A stretch of DNA of 64,000 nucleotides from Octopus vulgaris. Taxonomy: Eukaryota. Made by a program: the position numbers and the translations under genes. This document shows, piece by piece, positions 14,877 to 28,945 of this stretch. The stretch lies in NCBI GenBank assembly GCA_951406725.2, contig OX597814.1:222642001-222706000 (forward strand), given 5' to 3'. Each line of letters opens with the position of its first letter. Within the stretch, counting starts at the first letter, position 1. Below the pieces are notes generated by a model. The model was not told where the DNA came from. It ran no database searches and saw only the letters and a list, made by a program, of their open reading frames with translations.

Positions 14877-15589
14877 GGGATGTAAGTTAAGAGAGAAATG
14901 GTTTTAAACTTAGTTTCATTATAACATTAAAACAAACAAAATATAAATATATAGATATATGAGAGCTAGAATGAATTTTCAAATATAACTAAATAAGGGG
15001 ATAACGTATAATTGATAATATAAGATTACAGCATATAAGGTATGTTATGAAAAATAATGTTCTTAATTATAAATTGCGACAAGATTTGTATGCTATGAAA
15101 ACTTTAAAATATAAGGAAATAAAAAGTAAAGATAAAAAAACAACCAGATAAAATATAATATAAGAAAAAAGTAAAGATATATATACAAAGGCATAAAAAT
15201 ATAAACTATATAAAATATATAAAAAATATTATATATAATAAACATATAATAATACTTTTATCATTTTAGGTTCACAGTATTCAGTGGTATATATGAACGA
15301 AAATTTTAAAATTGTCAATGTATTAATAAAACTTATAAAAATTATGAAAAATACATGAAGGGTATGTACAATCTTAAGATATGAGCAAGTAGAAAAGAAG
15401 ATTTATAAAATATATGAGGAAATATTAGAAAATACCTGACAGAAGAATTATAATAAAAACTATACTAAAAAAATTATAATAAAAATTCTTTTTAAAAAAA
15501 AATGTCTAAAGTAAGCCAATAAATGATGCTATACCAAGATATATAAAAAGTAAATAAAGTAATATAAAATGAAAATAAAGAATATTTTA

Positions 15590-16868
15590 CCAGGTCATTG
15601 AGAACGAAATGTCTGAATTTGATCTGAAAGTTTATTTTACTTATTTCAAGAAAAAGCAATACCGTTAATCAAAGTATGCATATAAATTATCAACACAATT
15701 TTGTCATTTTATCTCTAGCTTATTTATGCCGGCAGCGAAGAATTCTGGAGCGCAAGAGGTGATGAAATCACGAAAGGCTGTTTTCATATCTTCTTCCGAT
15801 TTGAAGATTCTTCCTTGTAAAAAGTTGTCTAATGCCTGGAAAACGTGATAGTCAGTTGCTGGAAGGCCTGGTGAATATGGTGGTTGACATAGTACTTCGA
15901 AGTTCAGTTCCTGTAATTTGAGTAGCGTTCTTTGTACATCATGCAGTCGAGCATTGTCTTGCAAGAAAACTGACCTGTCTCTATTGACCAATATCGGTTG
16001 TTAAATTGCAAGTACAGTCATCATTTCATCCAATTCGTTGATGTATAGCTCGGCTGTACTTGACTTACCAGGTCTCATGAAGGTGTAATGGATGACACCA
16101 GCGCTGGACCACCAAACAGACACCATTAGCATTTTCAGTGAATATTCTTTTTTAGATTGTGTTTGGCACTTCGTCTTTATCCAACCACTGTGCAGAACGC
16201 TTGCTATTGTTGAAAAGATTCCATTTTTGTCACACGTAACAATGCCATGCAAAAATGGTTCATTTTATGCTGTGATAGCAAAGAACAGCAAGTTTCAAGA
16301 CGACGTGTCATTTGATAGTCGTTTATTTTGTGTAGTACCCACTTCTTCAGCTTCGTTACCTTGCCGATTTGTTTCAGTTTGTCCAATATAGTCGGAATCG
16401 AAACATCAAACTTTACTGCTAACTCACGTGTAGATTGAGAGGTATCCACATCCACTACAGTTTGCAGTTCATCATTATCCACCTCAGTCTCAGGTCTACC
16501 ACAGGGTTGATTTGCAAGAGTAAGATCACCAGACCGGAACTTCTCAAACCATCGACATACAGTGCGCTCCTTCGCCACATCTTCACCAAACACCTCATAG
16601 ATGTTTTGAACTCTCTGTGATGCATTGGTTACACGACGGAACTCATATTTATAAACAATACGAATCTTTGATCTGTTCATTGGTTCAAAAGATTGATTTA
16701 CAAGAGAAAACTCACAATATAATCAGACACCATGAATTGCATTTCGAAGAGTGATGATGTAACGCTTCAATGTTGTAAAACAAAGAATTGTTAGGATAAA
16801 ACATTAGAGTTAACGGCTGTCAAACTTGCTGCATAAGAAAATCAGACATTTCAATCTTAATGACCTGA
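15590..16868 (-). mobile_element. Full-length (1279 bp) mariner transposon, inactive
   Basis: Imperfect TIRs CCAGGTCATTGAGAACGAAATGTCTGA / TCAGACATTTCAATCTTAATGACCTGA with TA on both sides; transposase split over 16204-16680, 16001-16252, 15704-15991 (WVLH, IVTCD, LQDNARLH, PPYSPGLPATDYH). Confidence 0.95.
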
Positions 16869-17252
16869 TATAATAGAATTGTTATATAAAAAGTTATAAT
16901 CAGAATATTAATTAATCATTAATTCTAGATGGAAAAATGCATAAGTATACCGAGTTATAATAGATATAGAACTGAATTAAAATTACCGTTAGAAATAGGT
17001 TAAGAAAATATATTTAGAATTCAACGAAGAATAACAGATTATAGAAGTTATAGTTCATATTAAGGGGAGATTTGAAAATAATATAATTGTTAGGAAAAGT
17101 AGTATATTTGTATTAACTGTGAAAGAATAGGTTCACCACTGGGATTGGGTAGGTATATATTACGATTACTCAGATTTTAATAGATCAAAGGGGTTAAAGA
17201 AAAAAGTTTTAGTCACCAAAAAGAAAAAGAAAGAAATATATATATGAATGAT

Positions 17253-17637
17253 CAGGAGTGGCTGTGTGGTAAGTAGCTTGCTAACCAACCACATGGTTCC
17301 GGGTTCAGTCCCACTGCGTGGCATCTTGGGCAAGTGTCTTCTGCTATAGCCCCGGGCCGACCAATGCCTTGTGAGTGGATTTGGTAGACAGAAACTGAAA
17401 GAAGCCTGTCGTATATATGTATATATATATATGTGTGTGTGTATGTGTGTGTGTGTGAGTTTGTCCCCCTAGCATTGCTTGACAACTGATGCTGGTGTGT
17501 TTACGTCCCCGTCACTTAGCGGTTCGGCAAAAGAGACCGATAGAATAAGTACTGGGCTTACAAAAGAATAAGTTCCGGGGTCGAGTTGCTCGACTAAAGG
17601 CGGTGCTCCAGCATGGCCGCAGTCAACTGACTGAAAC

Positions 17638-17672
<35 letters not shown>

Positions 17673-17674
17673 TA
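17253..17674 (+). mobile_element. SINE family A, young copy
   Basis: Shares diagnostic bases with the 12152 copy; poly(A) tail. Confidence 0.92.
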
Positions 17675-17719
17675 AGTAATTATCAGCTTCTAAAGTATTT
17701 AATGGTACGGGTAATCTTA

Positions 17720-18290
17720 TAAACACAGGACAGTCTAACATCTAATTTATTATTAAGTTGCTCTTATCGCTATATCTAAAATATCATTTAATTCCATACA
17801 ACAGAGTTTACATCGATATCGGCTATTTGTGTATGGTTGAGCTCAACGCACTAAATCCCATTCAAGAATGAAATCGATATTATTGTCTTTAAATTCCCAG
17901 ATTTTCGTAGATAGTGAGGTACTATTAGCTTTTGTACTTCAGTATGAGGCCTAGCAAAGTCCAGTACCTTGAACAGGGGTTTCCTTGATATAGATGGGTA
18001 GAATTCCATTATATCAAATTGGGTAAAACTAGCTCTATTCATACTGCTATTCGCTGTAGAGCATATAACGATCTCGTTGATATTGCACCGTAGGGCGAGG
18101 TTAGAGGTGTTTCTAACGTCGTTGCTCATCTTTCTAATGAGCCGTTTGCTCACCTGTCCATATATCAATACCTGACGTTCTCGTTGAAGATCAGGGCGAT
18201 TTGTGTCGCCTAGCATTGAAGTATACTGTGTCTCTCAACACACATCTTTAAAGAGAATTTCCCTAGCCGAAATACTGTAGCCAAAACCAT
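17720..18290 (-). pseudogene. Penelope-like reverse transcriptase fragment
   Basis: ORF 17851-18216 contains GQVSKRLI and ASFTQFDIMEFYPSIS..LDFA, the PLE RT motif-A region. Confidence 0.7.
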
Positions 18291-18749
18291 TTAACTTCAT
18301 ACATACATTAACTGATTGAAATCGATATTGTTCATATACATACATACATGGGTACGTATTTGTTTACATTTGTGTGTGTGTGTGTGTGTATGTGTGTGTG
18401 TGTGTGTGTGTGTGCGTGCATGCGTGTGTGAGTTTGAGACAAAGGCGCTCTTAAATTTAAAATGCCACATAGATTAAAACTGTCTTGCGTGAAAAAGTTT
18501 TTGTACATGCTGGATTTCACTGATTTTAGTTTCCCACACATACGTGGTCTAATATAATCCGTATACAACCGGCTGATTCGAGGTTTTCCCTATTCCTGCC
18601 GTGTAGACATTCAATGCGTAGTACTCTTCAAAGAAAGCATCCTGATTTGTTGTTAATGCACCCTGACTCGTTCCATTTAATTTCTTATTGTTCAGTCGAT
18701 ATAACTTTCATTAAATTACTTATATATGCTTCAGTAAATGAGATATTTT

Positions 18750-19260
18750 TTTCATTTCTCCATTCGTACTTGCTTTAAAGTAAAATACCTCCGCATTCTT
18801 CAACTTGTGTTACACACGGGTCAAAAATCTAACGATCCACAACGAAGACATTTTGTTACCTACATTATTTCTTCTACATTTGTGAATATTATATTTGCTA
18901 AGCATTTTTTGAGATTCTGCTGTTGAAAATTTACCACTGCTATGCTTTTTCATAAATTTGATAGGTGGTAAAATTAGATGGTATCCTTTTTCGTCCCAAT
19001 ATGAAACGAACTGATTTGGGGTATTTATGGTAGCTACATATGGACTGGTTTCTTCATAAATATAGAGGAATTTTCCCACAAGAATGATTACGATGATCCA
19101 TCAATTGTGAAAGGAAAATAGGAGTTAAAACTTCAATGAACAAGAATAACCACGTAGAAGAATATACATTTCTCAAAAAATCGGAGGACAACAGCAAGTC
19201 GTATATAATACGAGTCATCATTGCGTTTCCCTTCAGTCATATGGAAACATACATAAATTT
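18750..19260 (-). pseudogene. Possible highly decayed PLE RT fragment
   Basis: LILPPIKFMKK in ORF 18810-19079 resembles the PLE N..HP.IKFT.E motif; otherwise weak. Confidence 0.3.
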
Positions 19261-21126
19261 CTCAAGTTCAAAATGTAGGTTATGTTGTGCCTAGGGAGAG
19301 TCATTAAGCGAATCGTATTAACACTTGCACTAGTTCAATTTCACTCCTTTCTTAATAGTCAATTGGTTAGATAGCCAACTAACGAACCGATTGCTTACTT
19401 AACTTGGTTGAACAGTAAGTCATTTTTGTGCGTATAGTGTATGTGTTTGTGTGTGTGCGTGCACGTGAGCGTGTTTGTCTGCGTGAGAGTGTGCCTGTGC
19501 GTGTCTGTGTGTCTGTGAAGTTTACAATATTTTCAAGAGCTTTTTAGAACTATTTCTCTCTTTGTATATGTGGAAATTGTATTTTTAATTAGTCTGCAAA
19601 CAGAAATACTACTTTGACATGTTCTTAGATTTAACAATATATTTCTGTTCGGAAGTTTGATTAAATTTACTTGGAATCAGAGGAGAAAATTAATGCATTA
19701 TTTGAGAAACAAATTGATCATCATTGCAGGCTATTGACAATTAACAGACATATCCTGCTGATATGTTTATGCGTCTAAGAAGATTTGTAGATTGGTCTTA
19801 TATAGGAAAATAAGAGTATTTCCCTCAGTTCACTCAAACTAACAACGTTACAGCTCATGTTAATATTGAATGTTTTGCAGAGAGATAATTATTTCATAGC
19901 GAGGAATCTAATTACACGGATTATTTATATTATTACCAATCTGCATGCGGCTTTTCAACGAATTTTAATATCTTAATGTTAGAAAGCATTAAATAAATAT
20001 TTCACCAGTAAAGTAAATATGTTAATAAATAGTCACAAAGCAGCATTGATAACGATGCTACAAGTCACGTTAAAAATTGTTTCCGACTGTCGTTACTACC
20101 TCTCGTCCAAGATTGCTTCTTAAGCTAATGGAAGATTTAAATTCAGCCTCATTATATACGTATTCAAAGACAATACAATGAGCAGTAATTAATATTAAAA
20201 TTTTTCGTGTGTGAATTTGACACGGGGTCACGTATACTGAGAGGAATCCTATATTCAATGTAATATGAAATAATATAACATACTATTTTTATTATGTTAT
20301 AGTAACGTTGATCGTTGTCTATAAGGATTTGGCCTCTAGATTCTTCAAAGAGAAGTATATAATGAAATAAATCTGGTTCTCCTCCCCATTCTGATCGTTA
20401 GAGTATAACTTATGGAGTATATGTTTCACTAAAAGACCACATATATTCAGAAACTATAGAAAACAGCCATAACTTTAACGTTATACTCTAATAAAAGATA
20501 GCTATGATTTCAATGTTTTACATTACTGATATCTGGCAATGTTATAAAAGGGTTCTAGATGGAATGGAGACCATGGCTGACATTTGCTCTTAACTTGATG
20601 CTTGATAAACATAAGTCCTACTTGACGTTCGTTTGTTATATAGTAATATTAGTTTTAGCTAAGAACACGAATTTTACGTTCGGTGTAATATATGTAGTAC
20701 ATTTCTTCACGTTATCAAACTTCAGACATCTGTAATTCATAAACAAACACATAAATTCGAAAACCAAATTTTCACTTATATCACCCATTAAGTAATAAAT
20801 TAACTATGTTATACGGCATTTACAGAACAATAGCAGAAACTAATAAATTTAGATTCTAAAACAAACAAGCCACCAGAAAGAGGAATACGGCTAACTTGAC
20901 ATTGCATATCATTACTAAAATTTTCACTCATTTTATATTCCATATTGAAGCTTAATAAATAAGTAGTAAAATTACTATTATGTATATTTTATGTATATTT
21001 TAAAATTAAATAGGTATCATTACCATTATTAATAATAATAATGATAGTAATAAAATGTCTAGCAAGTTAACACTTGTATTAGTAAAATACCCTTTTGAAT
21101 TTTGAATTTTGTGTTATATCTGTGTG

Positions 21127-21168
<42 letters not shown>

Positions 21169-21171
<3 letters not shown>

Positions 21172-21510
21172 TGTCTGAAATGGGCTAAATAATCATCATT
21201 TTATATTTTAATTTCGCACATGCGCATTGTTTGTTTTTGATTTTGTCGACTACAGAGTATAGTAGGGTCAGTTGGGCTCCTTGTATGAGAAAGACAGGAC
21301 CATGACGCAATTCACTCTACCAGAAATTTGGAGACTATATGTACTATTGTTTGGCATGAAGCTCCGATATGAACTTTTCAGCGTGTTTGGGAGTCAATCT
21401 AAAGTCGGTGCAATCTGAGGATATGTTCCGAGAGTGATAAAAATCAAACGTCCAGTCATCATCATGGTGTTTGGAGTGATCACTATTGATGGCGACGTTA
21501 TGCCACCAAA
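21169..21510 (+). mobile_element. Internally deleted Tc1/mariner-superfamily (maT/DD37D-like) relic
   Basis: ~21441-21509 translates KIKRPVIIMVFGVITIDGDVMPP, like the K.P.SVMV.G....G..MPP motif; starts at a TA tract. Confidence 0.6.
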
Positions 21511-21653
21511 CTTTATTCAGATACAAAATTAAATTCACTAAAATCAAAACTACAACACCAAACGACCTATAGTAGACGTAAAAAGCTAATGAGAGCAATA
21601 TTGTATAAATATGATCACCTTATTTCTGTGCATGAAAACGCGAATTCTTCCCA

Positions 21654-21722
<69 letters not shown>

Positions 21723-21725
<3 letters not shown>

Positions 21726-21802
21726 GTTGAGATATATATTTTATTCTGTCATATATATATATATATATATATATGACAGAATAAAATATATATCTCAACG
21801 AA
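21723..21802. repeat. Perfect 80-bp palindrome centred on (AT)12
   Basis: TTCGTTGAGATATATATTTTATTCTGTC-(AT)n-GACAGAATAAAATATATATCTCAACGAA. Confidence 0.9.
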
Positions 21803-23360
21803 ATACACCTACCCGATCAAGCACGAAACAAATACAAACAATTATCAAGGAATATATACTAGAGAAATATACCCTATGATCATCTGAGGTATTTGTATAG
21901 ATTTTTTTTAAAAATTGATACAATATATATATCATCACATTAATTGTAAAAAGCTTATAGGTTAATGTCCCATTTTCAAAAACGAGAGGAATCATCATAG
22001 AGCATGTTTTATAAGCACTCAACAATATAGCAACAAGCCATACCAGCAAACTTATTTTAAAACTAGTGATGACGAAGTACATTTTTGCTAGCCTTTTTCT
22101 ATACTGTTTGAGTAACCATAGACAGATCTTCAGAGCCTATATTTTCTGCATTCTTTCTACACATTACTTAGAAAAGGAAAATTCTTAAAAGTATAATATA
22201 TATATCCTATACGTAAACGAGAGATAATGGTTAAAATAAATGTCGTATAAAACCAAAAAGGAAAATATAGAAAAGATCACCGTACCAAAATTTAACATCC
22301 ACAATAATACAAATGATTTTCTCATTTTTGATACAGAAATACAAATCGAAAACAGCAAAAAATCATATACCTACTTGAATGCAGTGAATGTCCCCCACAG
22401 CTATAAAATGTCAGTAGGGAAATCACTATTATGTGAAAAGTTTAGATTCTCCTCCAAATACAATACAGAAGAAAAAGTGAAGCACAGAACAAAATAAACA
22501 TTAATTACAGACTAATAGACCGTGCTATAAATGAAAACAACTGCAAATACAATACAAAAACTATATCACGGTGTATATGATATAGAATACACAAATCACC
22601 CATAACATTCAGTTTCTGAATCAAATGTATAACGAAAATCGAACAATCAAATACATAGATCTCCAAATGCATCACGCAGGCTCATAAACTAAATGATATT
22701 TTAACGAAACTAAAACCAAGACACCTTATTATCAATAGAACGTCAGAAACATGTAAAGTTAAGACGAAGCTACTAATGAACAGGGTAACCCACTATCTCC
22801 CTTTTGAAAACAAAGCAGCTCTGAATGCTACATTGGCCGTACTAATATCACGGTCATGCATTAATAACAATGTGCAATCGCAACATTCTACATCACACAC
22901 CTCAGAAAAAAATCTACATAGAAAAAAAGATAAAGAATCTTTCACACTCTATAATATTCCTCATAAAAACAATGAATTAAGGATGAGTATTTTTTTCAAT
23001 AATGAATGAAAACTCATAAGGAAATGCAATATCTAAATATGACTCCAGCAGAAAAAAGAATTTCATGTGGCTAAGAACAAGAAAGCCTAATTCTAAAAAT
23101 GTTTTGACCACAACAAAATATGTGACTGCTTTGTGGAAGCTTCAAGGACGACAAAACTGACAGAAAAGTCTACAAAAATTCATCGAGTATATAATAAGTA
23201 AAGTGGATGTCCAATTGATTTAAATTCTTTAAAATGAATGTATGAAGTTCTGGACGCCTCAAAAATAAGTTTATGAAAAAGTTATGAAAAAATGTATAAT
23301 ATTTGAACACATTCATGTCTTTACTGGAATATGTGTGCAAATGTTTGCTTATACATACAA
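21803..23360 (+). pseudogene. Decayed Penelope-like element (RT thumb region)
   Basis: ORF 22240-22497 YTYLNAVNVPHSYKMSVGKSLL and downstream LIDRAI (~22512-22529) match the PLE thumb pattern YLN..S..P...K..V...L / L.DRA; bounded by (TA)n. Confidence 0.55.
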
Positions 23361-24747
23361 GCAAATATATATATATATATATATATCAGATCAGAGACAT
23401 GCCGCTTGGGTAGCCAAGGTAGGCAATGCTCACTCTGAATGAAATTGAAATAGATCAACAGAAACGTCTTCCTTTCATGTCAAAATATGCACCTAATTCA
23501 ATGAAATTATGAAGGTTACTTTGATTATTATGCATAAAATGCAAAATATTTTATATTTTTGTAGATAAAATAGGCATAATTCGTCCCTGACTTTCAATCT
23601 CGGTATTAAAACTATGCATAGTACTGCTGTAGTACACGTGCTGCGTACGTTACTAAAACAAGGTTGTTGTCTTTATGCGCTATAACGGCAGAAGTAAATC
23701 TGCCTCCATATCAGTTGCGAGCCTGTGTTTCACTTATTAATTTTTTATGTGTTTCCCTACATAAACATCATCAACTGCGTATCCTGAGGAATTATTCACG
23801 GCAACATGCCTGACATATATATATTACGTCACCTCTGTCTACAATGCATTGAAATTAGTCTTGACTTTATAGACTTTTGCGTTAAAACATTCCTTAGGTG
23901 TATGGGTTTGAGTGACGTGGCAATTGGGTTTTAGGGTGGGTCGTTATGGAGGAATGTATTTGAGAAATTTTTAGTGTTTAAATTTGGGTTGATGCTTTAT
24001 TTAGAATTTATTCATATATGGTACAACATTGTATGGAGGTGTGAATATTTAGGTGTGACCCTTAAGCGTCTCAGTAGTTTTAGTTAATATGAGATTTATC
24101 ATTTGCTTTGATAATGTAAGCATCCAAGGTTCAAAGTTTAACCAGTATTTAAAAACTCGCACTCGCTATATTTCTAGCATGGATATTTTCAGGGAGCTAT
24201 TTATGTCAGCCGGCTGCTTTTCCTTATGCCCATGTCTCTTGTGCCTGGAGCACATTTTTATATGCAAAAGTATTCAATTTTCATCTTATTTTGTAGAGTA
24301 TAGTTTCAGGGACATTATTCCGTTATTTCTTCCGGGTTTAAAATCTGTGTTGCGAGACAAAATACAAGCAAAACGAGTGATTCATTGACCTATGGTCGGA
24401 CATGCACTAAATTGGCACCCTATACACCGAATTGTACCAAGTGAAATTCATTTTAAAGAAATATATTAGTTCGTACATTTACTAACCAATGTGATCCAAG
24501 GGCACGAAATGTAATGGAATAAAAAAAAACATTCCTTTAATATATTCCCTCGCACATTATCCTTAATCCGTTTATACGCATATCATAAATATGAACTAAC
24601 TGTCGTGTATTTCTGTGAACGTCTCCTGTATTATTTACAGTATATGTATATGTGTGTGCGTGTGTGTATCCATGTGTGTGTGTGTATATATATAGAGAGA
24701 GAGTAATATAAATATATGTATGTTTGCATATATATTTATATGTATGC

Positions 24748-24795
<48 letters not shown>

Positions 24796-25100
24796 ATATA
24801 TGTGTGTGTGTGTTTGTGTGAGTGTGCGAGCATGTGTGTGTCTATAAATTACATCTGCAATATGAACTGACTACTCCGACTACTTTAGGGACTGTAATAT
24901 TTTCAATATTTATGATCAATAATTTTATACTGAATGAGTCGGATTAAAACCATCTATGAATGCAAATAGAAGGCATCTATTGAATTAAATGAAACCGGAT
25001 GTAACTAGAAAGATATAAGCACTACTTCGAATAACATTATCCAAGCTATTTATTTTCTTCCGATGTTTTCCCCTTCTTTCTCTTGCTTTTTCTCTTCTTC

Positions 25101-25132
<32 letters not shown>

Positions 25133-25499
25133 TGTTATTAACATTTTATACTTCTCCAAACTTTTGTATATTTGTTCTTTGTGTGAAGCATTGCTATTCA
25201 TTAGATCTGTTCTTTTTTCGATGCTTTTTACTTTTCTCTTACTTAGCCCAAATTTATCTATATTCTCTACATATAGTTCCATACAATATCCAATCTCACT
25301 TATCCTTCCCAATCACAACATGTTTCCCTCTCTTTAAATCTACCATCATATTTTCTACCGCAGGTTCATTCAAAAAAATTACAATTATCAATTATATCTC
25401 GCCTTCTGCCCCACTTTATCCCTTTATGCTATTCCATTATAACCTCTATCACCTTCCACAAAATCTTAAAGACAAACAACAACTCAGAAGGGGAAATAT

Positions 25500-26300
25500 T
25501 CAAGCATGAAGAGAATTGTGGAAAACGAACCCCGTTCGAAGGCTTCTGGCATTGCAAACAGCTAGAAGTTAGTCCAAGAACGTGTGTTACATATCTGCAT
25601 AATTTTGGGTAATCTGGATGAGCAGCTAGAAAAAACCTCTCCTTCAACCAAATAATATCACGAAAAGAAAAAAATTGGCCAAGAAGATGTCATAAAAATA
25701 CAGTTCATTTTGGGATAGAGTGATTTTCTCTGATGAATCCAGATTTGCATTATTTTCAGACAGAGGACGTGTTTGGGTCTGGAGGCTTCCCAATCAAGAA
25801 TTTGTGTGAAACGACTTCCAACTGTGAAACATGGCGGTATCTCTGTAATGGTAGGGGGAGCTGTTACCAGCAATGATCGTTCTGAGCTGATCAAGTGTGT
25901 TGGAACCATAAACACTGAAAAATACATCGAAATACTTAAGCAGCGACTACTTCTGATGTACTCACACGATAACATAACAATAAATAAGTTTTTTATTCCT
26001 GGAAGATGGGGCTCCATGCCACACAGCGAAAAGGAATCAACAATAGATGACTGAAAATGGATTCGAAAAGCTTCCTTGGACGAGCCAATCTCCTGACATG
26101 AATCCAATTGAAAATCTTTGGAGCATACTAGAGAGAGCTGTACGAAAAGCTCGACAGAAACCTAAATCTAAAGATGAATTGTTTCGATTGTTGCGTGAAA
26201 AGTGGGCAGAAATTCCACAAGAAACAATCACAAAGCACATCAGTCCAATGCCAAAAAGAGTTTCTGAATTAAAAACTGCAAAAGGAATATCAACTAAAGT
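25500..26300 (+). mobile_element. Tc1-like transposase relic
   Basis: WDRVIFSDES (~25710-25740), LPTVKHGGISVMV, LPWTSQSPDMNPIENLW; frameshifts; TIRs not identified. Confidence 0.9.
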
Positions 26301-27952
26301 ATGTAGTCCTACCTATCAATTACATTTCAATTGTTCGCTTGGCGTATTAAATAGAAGAATTTGTAAATTAAATGTGTCTATTTACTTCCTGCATATTTGT
26401 GTATATATATATATATAACTTCAAGTCTTTTGTTGAATAGTCGCAGCGGTAGAGTTACTAACAAGTTTATCCTTTATGTTACAGCCAGAATAAGTCATTG
26501 AAATTGTCTTTGGTCATCTACGGATTCCATTTCAAAATACTAAATTTAGTTGGTTTCCGAACCTAATATATATATTTGTAAGTAGAGGAGAGTAGACATC
26601 CTTAGTGTGATACATTGCTACTCTTAATGTTCAATTATGTATTCATTCTGTCAACGATTACATGCAAATGGAAAGGAGTGGTTGAGATCCTGAAAGTGTT
26701 TCCATGTTGAAGAAACAATTTTATGATTTAGACGTTTGATATGAACACAAAAATAGGATACAAGAAGAAAAACGTATCGATGACGGAAAAGAAAAAAATG
26801 GAGGAGGGGAGAAGCAAGGAGAAAGTGGAAGAGGAGGCTTCCTATAAGTTAGGAGGTAGAAAGAAAAGATTGCAATGATTTAAGAATCTGGAAAAATGCA
26901 AGTTGAATTGTATGATGAGATCATTTTTTTCTGTTGGTAGTCTTAAAGATATTTCCTTATAAGATAAACATGTAAAGGATAAGCAAAATTAAAAAAATTT
27001 CTCTAGATATGTTACACAGTCACTATTTACTTGTTTCAAGAGGATGGGGTAAGTTAATTCTTAGAATATTGGGTTTTGGTAGTTATTGGAGGAATATATT
27101 AACTATGCAGATCTCTTCAATGATCTATCAGATCAATATCAGTAATTTATACAATATCAGTCAACTGGAGTACACGCTAATTACAGAGCAAATAATATCA
27201 AAGCATATGTGAAATAAATGAGTGCCAAACTATTGCATTGTATACAGCTTTTGTGGCAAACGTATATCTGTACTGAAAATTAGTTATTCTTGTTCAGCTA
27301 ATGTCTTTAGGAAGGGATATGTACTTTACTTGTAATGCTCCAGTTAAGGATATCACTAAGTCGGCTTTTGAAAAGAAATTATTTATCACTATTACTTACT
27401 GGCTAAAAATATAATGGCATTTTAATTATGCAACTATATCCTTAAATTTCGCTGCTCTTATATGTTTATACACAATTATTGCAACACACGATAAGAGGAT
27501 TCTGTAATAAGATAATTTTATATCAATATAGTTTCTTTTAACATTAGGTCCGCAAGCATCATTTGTTTTTCTGACTAAACAGTATTTCTTAAGAGATTTA
27601 TATCTATTTATTATAGTTCTCCAGAAAGTAAAATATTCCTATTTAATTGCACTTCGCTTTTGTCAGATTTGAAACAAATAACTACACTATTCGATTATTG
27701 CTAACACGTTATTCACCTGCGTCCATTTTGTTTTTCGAGATAAAATAGTCTACTAGTTATATAGTATTATGTGTTTCAATATATTCGAAGATTAAGGATA
27801 TATTCCAAAATTCAATGATGTAGACTTAGAAAATTATTTACAGCAGCTGCAAAATTTCAGCTCAATTTTTCATTTGAAGCCGCTTTAAAATGAAATTGTC
27901 TGTGCCTCGAAGCAATCATTTCTTAAATACATACATACAAACATACATATAC

Positions 27953-28101
<149 letters not shown>

Positions 28102-28504
28102 GAATTGAAACATTCAAGTAAACTTTTCTAAGGAAATAATCGCCAAATATACAAAGCAGGTCTTCAGTGGCAGGCTGGAATATTCTGTGTTAATTAATTA
28201 CAGAAAAAGTTTCAAATGCCGCAAATGTAATTTTCTTCTAGAAAATATTTCTATAAGCGTTTGTGACTTGAGTTTTTGTTTTTCGTTGAAAAGCAAAAGC
28301 GTCTGAAGCAAGCATATCATATGCGTCTATTTCTAACATGAAATTGATACTTTAGTGTTGTTTCGAGTGATTACTATAAATTAGATGCTAAACAAAATAT
28401 CACTAGTTACTTGAAAATAATCATCAATATCTTATATCAAAATGAAATGTAATTTTAAGCCTAATACAGAAAAAATATAACTTCCACAACAATAAAGCAG
28501 CATG

Positions 28505-28945
28505 CTGTAAGAGTTTTTGGCACGTCGGAAAAAAATACTTGTCTCTCTTTACGTTCTAGGTTCAAATTTTACTGAGGTTGACTTTGCCTCTTGTCCCTTT
28601 CGGGGTCGATAAAATAAGTACTCGTTGAGTACTGGAGTCGATATAATCGACGTGTCCTTCTCCCAAAATTCTGACGTAGTAGCAAAATTTGAAAGCAACA
28701 TTTTATATGTCAAAATGAAATTTCCCTTTAGACATAATACAGAACAGTAAATACATTGCAACATCAATAAGGCGGTGATGGTATATCGAGCAAAATCCTT
28801 AGCGGTATTATGTCTGCGTTTACGTCCAAAACTCAAATTCTGCCGAGGTAGATAAGATTAGTACGAAATGAGCACTGTCGTCGACGTAGTCGACTTACTC
28901 AGCATTCACCCAATGTTGCTTGCGTTGTGCCAAAATTTGAATCCA
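28505..28945 (+). mobile_element. Two adjacent old copies of SINE family C
   Basis: GTTCAAATT..GAGGTTGACTTTGCC..CCTTTCGGGGTCGATAAAATAAGTAC (~28560-28621) and a second head AAGGCGG..AAATTCTGCCGAGGT (~28769-28850); homologous to 49440. Confidence 0.75.

Noticed and set aside
20395-20492. Short inverted repeat TTAGAGTATAAC / GTTATACTCTAA
   Set aside because: Only ~12 bp in AT-rich DNA; no further support.
23392-24420. Possible hAT-like element starting CAGAGACATGCCG
   Set aside because: No matching TIR, TSD or transposase motif found.
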